A stretch of 64,000 nt of DNA from Dictyostelium discoideum. Taxonomy: Eukaryota. Position numbers and translations under genes: made by a program. The stretch spans positions 3,936,001 through 4,000,000 of the forward strand of contig CM000152.2 in the NCBI GenBank assembly GCA_000004695.1. The letters are read 5' to 3'. Shown here piece after piece: positions 26,895 to 40,327 of the stretch (its first letter is position 1; each line of letters begins with the position of its first letter). The notes below the pieces were generated by a model, which was not told the DNA's origin, searched no databases, and saw only the letters and a program-made list of their open reading frames with translations.

Positions 26895-27057
26895 CAATCC
26901 GTATTCGAAGGCTCTACTTGTTTAGCCATAAGAGTTAGAGTTCAAAATTCAACGGTAAACAGATTAATGCCTGTATCGCCAAATTAGGATTCATCCACAG
27001 TTAAACTGTGGTAATGTTTAATTATAGGATTACATCATTTAAATTTTAAAAAAAAAA
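26895..27057 (+). ncRNA. candidate ncRNA gene of unknown class (GC-rich structured island, ~130-160 nt, ends at a T-run)
   Basis: About 45% G+C over 26900-27010 inside a multi-kb 85% A+T intergenic region. No ORF over 30 codons on either strand. Local hairpins (CCACAG-TTAAA-CTGTGG; CCGT...ACGG). Preceded by DUSE and TATA. Followed by TTAAATTTT/T-runs. No convincing match to U1/U2/U4/U5/U6, C/D boxes or the class I motif. Confidence 0.4.
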
Positions 27058-27531
27058 TATAAAAAAATAATTTAAAAAGAAAAAAGTTTTATTTTTGGGT
27101 TAATTTCCATTTTGAAATTTAATTAATAATAAGAACTTGCATAAATAAATTTTTCCAAATTTATTAATAAAAAATTAATATTAAATAGTTATATTATAAT
27201 AAAAATATTTAAATAATTAATATTTTAATAATAAATAAAAATTAATTATTTATTTATTACTATTATAATATAACTTTTTAATATTAATTTTTTATTGGTA
27301 AAAATAGTGGTATTTTTTTTTTTATTATTAATAATAAAACAACTGTTTTTAAATTTTATTTATTTTGGTAAAAAAAAATTAAAACTAAAATGATTGGAAT
27401 ATATTTGGTAATGAAAATTTTAAAAAAATATATAGATTGAATTAATTCTACACAAACTTATTTATTTGGTAATTAAAATTTTTTTTTTTTTTTTTTTATT
27501 TTTTTTTTTTTTTTTTTTTTTGGCGTGAGTT

Positions 27532-27567
<36 letters not shown>

Positions 27568-27632
27568 TTTTTTTATTATTATTTATTATTTTTATTTGTT
27601 TTTTATTTTATTTATTTTTTGTTTGTTTAAAA

Positions 27633-27774
27633 ATGGAAGAAGAACAAAACTTAGCATTTAGTATTCAACCTATTGGAAAATTAGATGTTGATGGTATAAG
27701 ATTAGTTTTAAATCATACAGAGATATCAACTGATTATTCTGATAATGAAAATACCACAACATCACCTCAATACT

Positions 27775-27841
<67 letters not shown>

Positions 27842-29636
27842 CACAAACAATCGATATAATGAAGAATATGATAATGAAAATGATGATAATGATAATTATG
27901 AAGACGATGACGATGATGATGAATATTCAGATGCAAATAGTGATAATATATCAAACAATAATAATACAACCACTTCTAAAAAACCAACAAATATAATATC
28001 ACCAACAACATCAACATCATCTAATGAAACTGAGGATTGGTTATCAAAGATGTCAATGGATATTACATCTGATGGTCAAATTATGGTTATTGGTGGTGGA
28101 GGTAATGGTGCAATTGGTACAGGCTTAGCATTAATTTTACAAAAGAAACAAAATGATCCAACATCACAATGGAGAACAACTATTACATTAGATCATCAAA
28201 CTCAAAATGGTACTGATAGAATTACTTCAATACAATTCGTACCAATCAATTCACATATAATTAATTATGTTGTTGCTATTGGTTATACTTCTGGTTATTT
28301 AAGAGTTTTTTCAATTGTAATTATAATATATATAATAAATAAATAATAATAATAATAATAATGTATATATTTACTAATATTTATTTATATAATAATATTA
28401 TTATTATTATTATAGCAAGGTAATTTATTATTATCACAACTATTTTATAATAAACCAATTTTAAAGATTAAAGTCAAGAATACAAGCATATTACCTATTG
28501 GTGATATAATGGTACAACCAAAGTATTTAGTGCATGAATTAACTTTGGTGTACCCTGATAATATAGTTGTAAATATATCTGGTTTAACTTTTATTTCAGT
28601 AATACAAGTTTGTTTAAATCAAAGAAATGGTGGTGGTGGTGGTGGTGGTGGAGGTGAAAACAATTTATCATTTAAAAAATGGACATTAGGTAATTCAGTT
28701 GATAGAATAAATGATGTTACTTTTTGTGGTCCATTCTTAGGGTCACCATTTAGAGCATTACCATATAGTACAACAGAACAATCTATGATTAGACTTGTAG
28801 GTGTTGGTAGTAACCCAATGATTTCATTTTATTATCCAACTGAAGATGGTGGTTCATCATTTTCAATTATGATTTCTTCAATAACTTCAAGATTAACAAC
28901 TGCTGTATTTTCATATGCTAAAAATTGGTGGGGTGGAAAACAAGACCAACAACAACAACAGCAACAACAACAACAACAGCAACAAAGACAACCACATCAA
29001 GAAAAACCAGTACCTTTAGCATTAAGATGGGCAATAACAGATTTCAAAAGAGAGATTATTTCAATTAATATTGACCCAAGTGGTAGATATGCAATAAGTA
29101 CTGATAATTTAGGTCGTGTATTATTAATTGATCTTGTAAATAGTTTAGTTGTAAAAATATGGAAAGGTTATCGTGATTGTCAATGTGGTTTTGTAAGTGT
29201 AGTTGAAAATAATAATAATAATAATAATAACAGTGATAATGAAAATAATGAAAATAATGAAAATAATGAAAATAATGAAAATAATGAAGATTTAGAAGAT
29301 TTTATACCAAGAAAACTTTTAAAGAAATCTTCATCAACATTACAATCACGTACATATTTAGTAATTTATTTAGGTCGTAGAGGTATTTTAGAGATTTGGG
29401 GCTTAAAACATCGTTCAAGAGAATATTTTAAAACTATTGGTAAAGGTTGTAAATTAATTTCAACTACAACTCCCTCAATCTTTCAAAATCAGTCCACATC
29501 ACAAAATTTAAGAAATAGTGGTGGTGCAATTAATATATCTAATATCCCTCAATATAATATTAGTGAAGGTCAATCTCATTGTTTCATACTTTATACTGAT
29601 GGTTCAATAAAAGAAATTAAATATAATTATCAATAA
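27633..29636 (+). CDS. Rab3 GTPase-activating protein non-catalytic subunit (RAB3GAP2)-like protein, N-terminal region only (~635 aa; exons 27633..28316, 28416..29636)
   Basis: Intron GTAATT...TATAG joins the two track ORFs in phase 0. Conserved RAB3GAP2 blocks: IGYTSGYLRVFS (cf. GFTSGYVRFY), LVGVGSNPMISFYY, DNLGRVLLIDLVNSLVVKIWKGYRDCQCGFV (cf. [29 protein letters not shown]), YLVIYLGRRGILEIWG. The gene ends at TAA with no downstream donor, so the C-terminal ~750 aa of metazoan orthologs are absent. Confidence 0.7.
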
Positions 29637-29692
29637 TAATAATAAATTAATTAATAAATTTAAATCAAAACAAATAATAAATTATGCTTTCT

Positions 29693-29728
<36 letters not shown>

Positions 29729-30583
29729 ATCTGAAATATTAAAAATCAGAACCTTTAACACATATAAACTCAAAAAAAACCTGCAAATATTGAAAAATCT
29801 ATTAATAAATTTATACACACACACAAAAAGATAAAAAAAATAAAATAAAAAAAATAAAAAAAAATAAAAAAAAAATAAAAAAATGGAATATGTAACTTAA
29901 TCTGGATTTTTAAAAAAATAAAAAAAATAAAAAAAAATGAAAAATAAAAAAAAATAAAATAAAATAAAAATAAAAAAATTTAAAAAAAAAAAAAAAAAAA
30001 AAGGGTTTTTTTTTTTTTTAAATTTTTGTTTTTTTTCACAAATATATTGCAAATCAAAGAACTCATCGGATGAAAACTTTATAACTAAACCATTATTTAA
30101 ATTTTGTATAGTAATAAATATATAATAAAAAAAATCAAACAAAATACAATATAGTAAAAGTAAATATTTAAAAGACTTTAATAATTTATTGGGATTGTTA
30201 TTTTACATATAACTTTTTTTTTTTTTTTATTTTTTGTTACAAGCATAATTTTTTTATTTTTTATTTTTTTTATTTTTTAATTTTATTTTTTTATTTTTTT
30301 TATTTTTTTTTTTTTCTCAAAAAAAAAAAGTAATATTGTTTACTATATATATATATGTATTATAATTTTAAATTGATGATAATAATAATATAAAAACAAA
30401 TAAACAAATAAACAAAGAAAAAAAAAAAAAAAAAAAAAAAAAAATTTAAAAAAATTTTTTAAAAAAAAAAAAGTATCAGCATATGTGAACAATAAAGAAT
30501 ATAACATGATATTATTTTTAGAAAAATTTTTTTCATTTTCATAAAAAAATTAAAAAAAAATTTTTAAAAAAAAAAAAATAACC

Positions 30584-30623
30584 GTTGGGTGGGAATTGTC
30601 TCTCGACACATATTCTCATGTGT
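30584..30623. promoter_or_regulatory. G-box (GTTGGGTGGG) adjacent to perfect 7-bp inverted repeat GACACAT-N6-ATGTGTC
   Basis: The only GC-rich patch in the 1.6-kb intergenic region upstream of the Sin3 gene. Confidence 0.3.
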
Positions 30624-30823
30624 CAAAACAATTAAAAAAAAAAAATAAAAAATAAAAAAAAAAATAAAAAATAAAAAAAAAAATAAAAAATAAAAAAAAA
30701 GAAAAACAAATTACAACCCACACCCTTAATTAATGGTAATAATATAAATAATAGTAATAATAAAAATAAAAATAATAATATTAATAATAATTTAAAAAAT
30801 AAAAAAAAAAAAAATTTATTTTC

Positions 30824-30863
<40 letters not shown>

Positions 30864-31218
30864 ACAAACACAAAAGCAACATTCCAAAAAATTTTTTTTT
30901 TTTTTTTTTCTTTTCATTTTTTATTTTATCAAAACAAAATCTAAATTTTTTTTTTTATTTTATTTTTTATTTTTTTTTTTTTGTAAATTTTTATTATTTT
31001 TTTTATTTATTTTTATTTTATTAGTTATTTTTATTATTTTTATTTATTTATTTTTTTAATAAATATTAATATAAAATTTTGAAGATTTAAAAAAAAAAAA
31101 GCAGAAAAAAGTAATAAAACACAAATTGGGGAAATTTCATACCCATAATATATTTATATCTAAATTATATAAATCTTATATATATTTATATATTAACACT
31201 TAATAAATAAATTATAAA

Positions 31219-31250
<32 letters not shown>

Positions 31251-31276
31251 AAAAAAGATAATAATAATAAAAAGAT

Positions 31277-32631
31277 ATGAAAAGAAATAGAGATGATAAT
31301 AATGGTTCACCAACGAATCCAACAACACTACCACCATTATCACCAACTTTATCACCTCCATCACCACAACAAGGGGCAAATATATCAAAATTAACTTCAC
31401 CACCTGGTGGACCAAATACACTTCCATCATTTTCATTCCCACCATCATCAAATACAACTTCATCTATTTCCTCACCAACTTCTCCAATTGAAAGAGTTAC
31501 TGAAATAAATAGTAGTAGTAATAATAATAATAATAATAACAACAATAATAATAATAATAGAAGTAGTCATGATCGTATTTCACCAACAGCATTATCATCA
31601 CCACCACCATCAACTAGTAGTTTAAATTCATTGATTAGTCCAACTAATTCATCAAGTTCCTCGATTTTGGATACTGACTCTAAATTTACAACAAAAAGAA
31701 ATATGATTTTACCATCTGCTAAAAATACATTAAATGATGATAATACAGCTGATTTACCATATGGTAGAAGAGTAGGTGATGGGGAAAGAAGTATAATAGA
31801 TAGAGGTGGGGGAGGAGGTGGAGGTAGTGGAGATAGAGAGGGTTCATATGGTGGTCACCATTTCCCACCAAGAGTTGGAATTTTGAGCGAGAGAGAAAAA
31901 GATCGTGAACGTGATCGTGAGCGTGAAAGGGAACGTGAAAAAGAACGTGAGCGTGAGAGAGAACGTGAGAGTTCAATTTCACCTTTAAATAGTCATCAAC
32001 AACAATCTCAACAACAATCTCAACAACAACAACAACAACAACAACAATCACATTCATTACCACCTATTTCACATGGCGGTGGCGGTGGTGGTGGTGGCAG
32101 TGGGTTGGATTATAATATAGCAAGACAGGCTCAACAAATTTCTCAACATATGATGCAACCACAATCACATCATGGTTATTCAGGTTATTCAAATATTTTA
32201 AATCATAATAACAGTAGTAATAATAACAATAACAATAATAATAATAATAGTAATAATAATAGTAATAGTGGTAGTAATAATAATAGTCCAACCAATATTG
32301 CTAGTATAAATAATTTAACCAACCCTGTACAATCACAACAACAATCACATACACCAATAAGACCATCACAAAGTCCTTCAAACCAAATGTTTCAACAACA
32401 ACAACAACAACAACAGCAATTACAACAACAACAGCAATTACAACAACAACAGCAATTACAACAGCAACAACAACAACAACAACCAGCACCACAATCACCA
32501 ATTAGACAACAACAACAATTTGACAATGCCTTTTATTTCTTGGAACAAGTTAAAATGCAATTTTCAAAACAACCAAGAATTTATAATCAATTTTTAGATA
32601 TTATGAAAGATTTAAAAGCTCATAAGTAAGT

Positions 32632-32682
<51 letters not shown>

Positions 32683-33517
32683 CAACATATTAATATTAAT
32701 TTTTTATTTTATTATTTTTTAGTATTGACACACCAGTTGTTATTGCGCGTGTTATTGAATTATTTAAAGGACATAAACATTTAATTTCTGGCTTTAATAC
32801 ATTTTTACCAGCAGATTATAGAATTGATGTTTCAACATTTGATGATGATGGTAAGCCTTTTTCTGTCCCTTCTCCAAATTCAAATATACAGCAGCAACAA
32901 CAACAACAACAACAACAGCAACAACAACAGCCACAATATGTAGTTAAACAACAACCACAACAAACACAACAAACACAAAGTCATATTTTACCACAACCAA
33001 CAATGAATCAACAAATTCAACAACATTTTCAACAACAACATATTCAAATGCAATTACAACAACAACAAGCAGCATTACAAGCACAACAACAACAAGCTCA
33101 ACAACAAGCAGCCTTACAAGCTCAACAACAGCAACAAGCAGCATTGCAAGCACAACAACAAGCTCAACAACAAGCAGCATTACAAGCTCAACAAGCAGCC
33201 GAAAAAGCTCAACAGAATCAACCACCTCAAAAGAAACAAACAGAGTTGGATCATGCTAGAAACTACGTTAAAAAAATCAAAAATAGATTCATTAATCAAC
33301 CAGATGTATATAGACACTTTTTAGAGATTTTACATAATTATCATAACGAACCTCAAACCATCAAAGATGTTTACGACCAAGTAGCCGACTTATTTAGAGC
33401 TCATCCAGATTTATTATCAGAGTTTACTCAATTCCTTCCTGATGCCGTTAATGCAAGCCAAAATCCTAATGCAGTACTAGAACAACAACAACAACAAATG
33501 CTTCAACAACAACAGCT

Positions 33518-33548
<31 letters not shown>

Positions 33549-33621
33549 ATGCTACAACAGCAACAACAACAACAACAACAACAACAACTACAACAACAAC
33601 AACAACAGCAACAACAACAGC

Positions 33622-33679
<58 letters not shown>

Positions 33680-33956
33680 GCAACAACAGCAACAACAACA
33701 ACAACAGCAACAACAACAACAACAGCAACAACAACAAAAACCGCCAAGAAAATATCCAAGTGGAAAAGCTAGAACTCAATCAATGACTCCACCTCCATAT
33801 GCACAACAATCACAAGCTGGTTATCCAAATTATAATCAAGGTAATCAACAATTGACTCCACAACAACAAGCACAAATTCAACAACACCAAGAATACCAAC
33901 AACAACAACAACTCCAACAACAACAACAACAACAACAGCAACAACAACTATTAGCT

Positions 33957-33987
<31 letters not shown>

Positions 33988-35821
33988 AAGCATTACAACA
34001 ACAACAACTTCACCAACAACAACTTCACCAACAACAACTTCACCAACAACAATTGGCCCAGCAACATCAACCAATGAATCTTGAAGGTCAAATTAATGCG
34101 GCAGTTCACCAAATGGGAGAAAGATCTCCAATGGGAGGAGAAAGATCTCCAATGAGCACAATTCATGAAAAAGAACGTTTGATGAAATTGGATAAAGAAC
34201 GTCAATCCCAATTACAACAATTACAACAAATACAACAACAACAGGCTCAACAACAACAGCAACAGCAAGCTCAACAACAACAACAACAACAACAATCTCC
34301 ATCACAAAATATTCAACAACAATATCAACCAGGATCATCAGAAAAAGAAAAGAAAAAACGTTTTAGTAAAAAATCAGATGATAAGAATGAATATGGTCAA
34401 CAAATTTCTGGTGGAGTTCAAATGTATCCAACAAATAATAATTTAATCAACAGTATGATGAATAGTAATGCCAATAACAACAACAATAATAATAATAATA
34501 ATAACAACAATAATAACAATAATAATAATAATAATAATATTATGAATCAACAAAATATGAATCAACAACAAAATATGAATAATATGATCAGTAATAATAA
34601 TAATATTAATAATAATAATATTATAGTTGGAGAACAAGGTACATATGAAGAATTAGACTTTTTCCATAAAGTGAGAACAGGTGTACCAAATAATAAACTT
34701 TATAATGAATTCTTGAAATGTTTAAATCTTTTCAGTCAAGAGATTATTAGTCGCACAGAATTGGTATTATTGGTAAAAGATATTTTATTACCACGTTTAC
34801 CAGCATTATTTGAATGGTTCAAGTCATTTATTGGTGTTGATGATCAATCTATAGAACTATTGGAACGTATGGAACAATCATCACCAGGCAAACAAAATAA
34901 TGCATGGTCAGAGATTGATTTCACCACATGTAAACGTTTGGGACCAAGTTATCGTGCATTACCAAAGAATTATCCACAACCAAGATGTACGGGTAGAAGT
35001 GAATTGGCAGAGAGTGTTTTAAATGATGTTTGGGTTTCATTCCCAACTGGTAGTGAAGATTTTGGTTTCAAGAGTCAAAGAAAGAATCAATTCGAAGAGA
35101 ATCTATTCAAATGTGAGGATGAACGTTTCGAATTGGACTTGATCATTGAATTGAATGCCTCAACCATTAGAGTATTGGATCCAATCTTGAATTCATTGAT
35201 TGATATGCACGATCATGAACGTCTAAACTTTAGAATGCCAAATTTAGATGTACTACATCATCGTTCCATCGAAAGACTTTACAATAATAAAGGTATGGAA
35301 ATTATCACTGCACTCTACAATAATCCATTGGTATCACTACCTGTGATCTTGAAGAGATTGAAACAAAAAGATCAAGAATGGAGAAAAGCTAAACGAGAAT
35401 GGAATAAAGTTTGGAAAGATACCACCGAAAAGAACTACTATCGCTCTTTGGATTATCAAAGTACTTCCTTTAAACAATCTGATAAGAAAACTCTTACTCC
35501 AAAGGTTTTATTGGCAGAAATTCGTCAGAAATATTCAGAGAAAATACGTGAACGTGATGATTTACTCCAAAGAAGATCTCGTATTAAACAAACTATCATC
35601 AAACCACCACCATATCATTTACTCTATTTTATGCCTGACTACAAAGTTTGTTCAAATATTTCCTCTTTAATTTTATTTGCCGCTGAAAAAATTGTACAAA
35701 AACAAGATTTAGAAAAAATTGAAAACTTTTTAAATTTCTTTTTATTAACTTTCTTTTATATTGATAATGATAAAAAAGATTTAATTATTGATGAAAAATC
35801 ACCAAATAATAATAATAATAC

Positions 35822-35855
<34 letters not shown>

Positions 35856-37178
35856 ACACCTACAAATACAACAACTACAACAACTCCCTCAACTTTAAAT
35901 AAATCAAATGAAGATGTTGAAATGAAAGATGGTAATTCCGATGGAGGTCTTAAAAATGTAAATATAATTCATCAACCAAAAGTTTTCTCTGGTAAAACAA
36001 AAAGGATCTTCTATGGAAATAATACCTTTTATATATTCCTACGTTTATATCAAATTTTATATGAAAGATTACATAAAGCAAAAGAATTGGCTGAGTCTGC
36101 TATGAAATCACATTGGACTTCAAAACCAAATGTTACTAGATTCTTTTCTGCAAATTCAAATACTGATTCAAATAATGATTCAATGGATGAAAAATTAAAT
36201 GGTATTTCTCATTCAAATAATAATAATAATAATAATAATACAAATAATACAACAGCAACAACAACTACAACAACTACAACAACAACAAATTCATCAGAAT
36301 CAAGTAATAATAATAATTCAGAAAATTCAAATAATACAACAACAACTACACCAATTACTATTGAAGAATCTGAATTATCAGATGTTGAAAGATATGATAG
36401 ATTTATTTCAAGTCTTCAAGAATTTATGGATGGTGATAGTAATCAAGAGAAATATGAAGATAGTTGTAGATCTTATTTAGGTATTTCTTCATATATCTTG
36501 TTTACATTAGATAAATTAATTAATCAATTGGCAAGACAATTACAAGCATTATTACAGGGTGAGAATTGTTTACGTTTATTATATTTATTTACACTTGAAG
36601 TTAAATCTTATACTGGTTGGTCTGATGAACTTTATCATTCAAAAGTTTTGGAGGTTTTAAAGGATGAAAGGGTTTTCTTATTCGAGTTTGAAGCTACCTC
36701 TCAACCAATGGGTACATTCACCATCGAGCTAATGGATCCAACTTCAGAATCAATGTTAAAGAAAGCTGAAGAGGTCATTGCTATCAGTGAAAGAATGATT
36801 CAAGACTCTGAAGCTGAAATGGAAAAAGCTAAACAATACGTTGCCGATTATAAACAATTGGATTCAAATATTGATCCAAGAACTCATAAAGTATTCCTAA
36901 AGAGAAATATCCCAAGGGTACTCTCTGAAATACCCACCGAGAATCAACAACAACAACAACAAAAACTTATGGATGAGGCTCTAAAGGATACAATCAATGA
37001 AACTGGCTTGGAATGTAGAATATGCACTCAAACCTACAGACTCTTTTATGTAGAAGATACAACCGATTATTTCTATAGGAAAAATGCTATTTCTAGATCC
37101 AAAAATTATAAATCTCCAAAATTAGATATTAATATTTTCCAAAAAAAAGTAACTAAAAAAGATTTAGAAAAAGAATAA
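31277..37178 (+). CDS. Sin3 transcriptional corepressor homolog (~1935 aa; exons 31277..32625, 32723..37178)
   Basis: PAH1 is split by a 97-nt GTAAGT intron: ...FLEQVKMQFSKQPRIYNQFLDIMKDLKAH|NIDTPVVIARVIELFKGHKHLISGFNTFLPADYRI. PAH2: ARNYVKKIKNRFINQPDVYRHFLEILHNYHNE...LSEFTQFLP. PAH3: FHKVRTGVPNNKLYNEFLKCLNLFSQEIISRTELVLLVKDILL. HDAC-interaction domain: SYRALPKNYPQPRCTGRSELAESVLNDVWVSFPTGSEDFGFKSQRKNQFEENLFKCEDERFELD. The frame is open from 32724 to 37178; the track ORF 33003 is the first in-frame ATG. Very long (CAA)n/polyQ and polyN tracts. Confidence 0.9.
33480..33745 (+). repeat. (CAA/CAG)n tract encoding an ~85-residue polyQ run in Sin3
   Basis: Near-perfect CAA repeats with occasional CAG/CTA/ATG. 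Antisense track ORFs 33466..33779 are shadows of this repeat. Confidence 0.9.
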
Positions 37179-37434
37179 TATTTTTTCTATTCTTTTCATT
37201 TTTTTTCCAAATCCCTTGTTTAAATAATTATTCTAAAAAATAAAAATAAAAAAAATAAAATAAAAAATAATAAAAAAATATATATATAAAAATTAAGATT
37301 TTAAAAAAAAAAAAAAAAAACAGATTCTTTTTAAGATTTATTACAATGAGAGTTTGAGTTTATTTTTATTTATTATTTATTATTATATTAATAATAAATT
37401 ATAATATTATCTTTTTTTTTTTTTTTTTCTTTTT

Positions 37435-39219
37435 TTATTGAGAAACAACCACCGACAAAGGTGTTGTTTTTTCAGATTTGTCACCATTATTACTGTTATT
37501 ATTATTACTATTATTATTATTATTATTATTATTAACATTATTATTAGTTGAAGAGTGTGAAGTTATATTTGTATTAATTGGTGAAGTAGTTCTACTACTA
37601 TGACTACTACTACTTCCACTTGGTGAGTAGTTTTGATTATTAAATAAATTAGTTGAGGAAAGAGATTTTTTTACTGGTCTTGTTATTAAATTTGTTGGCG
37701 CTGTTGATGTTGTTGATGCACTTGATGTTGTTGTAGCTGTTGTTGTTGTTGTTGTTGTTGTTGCTGTTGATTTTATTTGTTGATGAAAATGTTGTTGTAG
37801 TTGTGGTTGTTCAATTGTATGTTGATGATGATGTGAAGTTGTTGTTGTTGTTGTTGTTGCCGTTGCAGTTGTTGCTATTGCAGTTGTTGCAGTTGTTGAA
37901 GAATTTATTGATAACTTTTCAATAAGAACTTTTTCACTGAAAGGAGAAGAATGTCTTAATGGTGAAAGTGGAGGTTTTAAAGAAGATGATGGAGATAATT
38001 GAATTTCTGTATTTGTAATTGTTTGTAATGGATAATTTGTTGGTTTTAATGGTGTACTCCCACCACTACTCCCGCCATTACTCCCATTACTAATTCCGCT
38101 ATTTACACTACCAATACTACTAATACTACTACTCATACTATTATTATTATTATTATTATTGGTATTATTATTATTATTATTATTGTTATTATTATTATTG
38201 TTATTATTACTATTATTAACTGTATAAAAATTTGGTTTTGGAGGTGGTGGTGAAATTGGTCGAAAAGTTGTATTTTTAGTTATTTTATGACAATTATCTT
38301 GTATTGAAGTAGTTGATTTTAAAGATGGTTTCCAAGGTTGGTTTTGTTGTGAAGAGGTAGTTGATTGTTTCTTTGGTGTATGAAGTTTATTCTCAGAGAA
38401 TAATTCCGAATACGGACTAATACCAGTTGGTAATGGATTATCATAAATATATTGTCTATCTTGAACAGTTTGAGAGAATCTCCACTTTGGTGATGGTGAA
38501 AGTTCAACTTTTGATCTTGACCAAGCTGAACTTGCTTGAGTTGGTCTAAGATATGAAGGTAAATGTGAATAATCATTATTATTATTGCCAGCACCATCTG
38601 ATAAAACTGCATCAATTGCTTTCTTATGCATTGCAATACTATTTCTTGGTTTTCTTTTTGATGATGCTGATGCTGGTCTTTTAATACTATTTGAATTATT
38701 ACTTTTATTACTACTACCACTACTACTATTACTAAATGTACTATTATCATCATCATCATTTTCCTATAAAAATATTTTATACATATATAAATAAATAAAT
38801 AAATAATAAAAAAAGTTAATATTATTATTATTATTTTTATTATTAAATAATTTAAAATTTACATTTGAAGTTATACAATCATTAATTTCTTTTGCAGTTT
38901 CTCTAACTGTTTCAATTAATTTTTGCATATTTTTATAATCACTATTTTGTATATTTGTATTCTTTGCTAATTCACTAAATAATAATAGATATCTTGGTGT
39001 TTGTTGTACTGGTAAAATTAAAAAACTTGGTAAATATCCAAATGATTCTGCTAATTGTGCAAACTCTTCGTCCTCTTCTGATAATGTTGAATAAATTTTA
39101 TATGCATTATTATAATTTTTAACATATGGATAATAAATTGTAAATTTTGGTAACTAGTTAAAAAAAAAAAAAAAAAAAAAAAAGAAAATTTGAATATGAA
39201 TTAAATGTAAGTATAATAG

Positions 39220-39252
<33 letters not shown>

Positions 39253-39532
39253 TTATAAAAAAAAAAAAAAGAAAAAAACTTTACCATTTCTAAATAAAGT
39301 TCAGTTATAATTAAAGGTTTTGTTTCTATTAATTTATTATATATTGTTATATGTAATTCTCTAATTTCTTCAATATTTGAAAATATGTTATTCACTTTAT
39401 CATGTGATATATTTGTATTTTGTAATAATGGTATTTTCAAGTTTTCCAATAAATAATTTATCTTTGATATATATGTCTTTTCAAATCCAATGATTTCATT
39501 TATTACAAATTTTCTAATTTTAATCTTTTTAA
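37435..39532 (-). CDS. RhoGEF (Dbl-homology domain) protein; exons 39532..39285, 39153..38863, 38763..37435 plus an unresolved 5' start micro-exon
   Basis: DH-domain blocks on the minus strand: (K)LVKKIKIRKFVINEIIGFEKTYISKINYLLENLKIPLLQN...NIFSNIEEIRELHITIYNKLIETKPLIITELYLEM|GTAAAG. Then YLPSFLILPVQQTPRYLLLFSELAKNT...KLIETVRETAKEINDCITSN|GTAAAT. Phase-0 acceptors ACTAG|TTA and TATAG|GAA. The last exon is the track ORF 37435..38631 plus in-frame upstream ENDDDDNSTFSN.... The long C-terminal S/N/T-rich tail has no obvious PH domain. Exon B begins in phase 1, so the start is ATG+G|GT. Candidates: ATGG|GTCAGA (39682) or ATGG|GTGAAT (39824). Confidence 0.75.
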
Positions 39533-40296
39533 CTAATTTTTATAAAATTTTATTAATTTAAGGTAAGTAAATAATTGTTTTTTTTTGGTTGTTTAATAGT
39601 TTTATAAAATTAAAAAAAAAAAAAAAAAAAATATTTACAAAATTCTAAATGTTGTTTCCTAACTAACCAACCTCTGACCCATTTTTGTATAATAATGATA
39701 CTTTTTTCTCTCTAAATATTTATTATAAAAATAAAAAAAATATCTATATTAGTTTAAATTTTTAATAAATTATAATAATGATAATAATTTCTAAAATAGT
39801 TTATATTACTTCTAATTCACCCATTTTTAAGCATTGATATATTTGTTGTTTTTTTTATTGTATAATCTAGAAAAGCTAGAATCGATCTTTTTTTTTTTTT
39901 GAGTTATTGATATTTTGAAATCACACCCAATTGAAATAAATAAATAGATTTTTTATTTTTATTTTTTTGTTTCTATTTTTCTTTTTTTTTTATTTCTTAT
40001 TGATTTTTTTTTTTTTTATTACTATTTTATTTTATTTTATTTTTTTTTTTTTTGATAATTATTTTACATATAAATGACACTAAAAATAAAAATAAAAAAT
40101 TATTATTAGTTGAATGTTTGGAATTAAAACTATTATTTATTGTATGAATTGTATTCTGTGTAATGATATTAAATAACGAAAAAAATAATAATATTATTAA
40201 TAATAATAATAATAATAAAAAATAATAATAATAATAATAATTATAACCATCGTACCACACTCACACCATTAACAGCTGTTTTATTTTATATTTTTA

Positions 40297-40327
<31 letters not shown>

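Noticed and set aside
32850-32900. Possible second Sin3 intron at GTAAGC (32851) ... ATACAG (32891)
   Set aside because: It would be only ~40 nt, and the reading frame is already continuous through this stretch into the polyQ region. No splice is needed.
33466-34338. Several minus-strand poly-V/poly-L ORFs (33466..33759, 33588..33779, 33769..34074, 34093..34338) and 18726..19127, 24415..24870, 37740..37925
   Set aside because: They are antisense shadows of (CAA)n/(CAG)n/(AAT)n coding repeats in Sin3, PLD, the Q/H-rich protein and the RhoGEF tail.
39640-39700. Independent tiny ORF ATGGGTCAGAGGTTGGTTAGTTAG on minus strand
   Set aside because: Too short and low-complexity to be a gene. Retained only as a candidate start micro-exon (ATGG|GT) of the RhoGEF.
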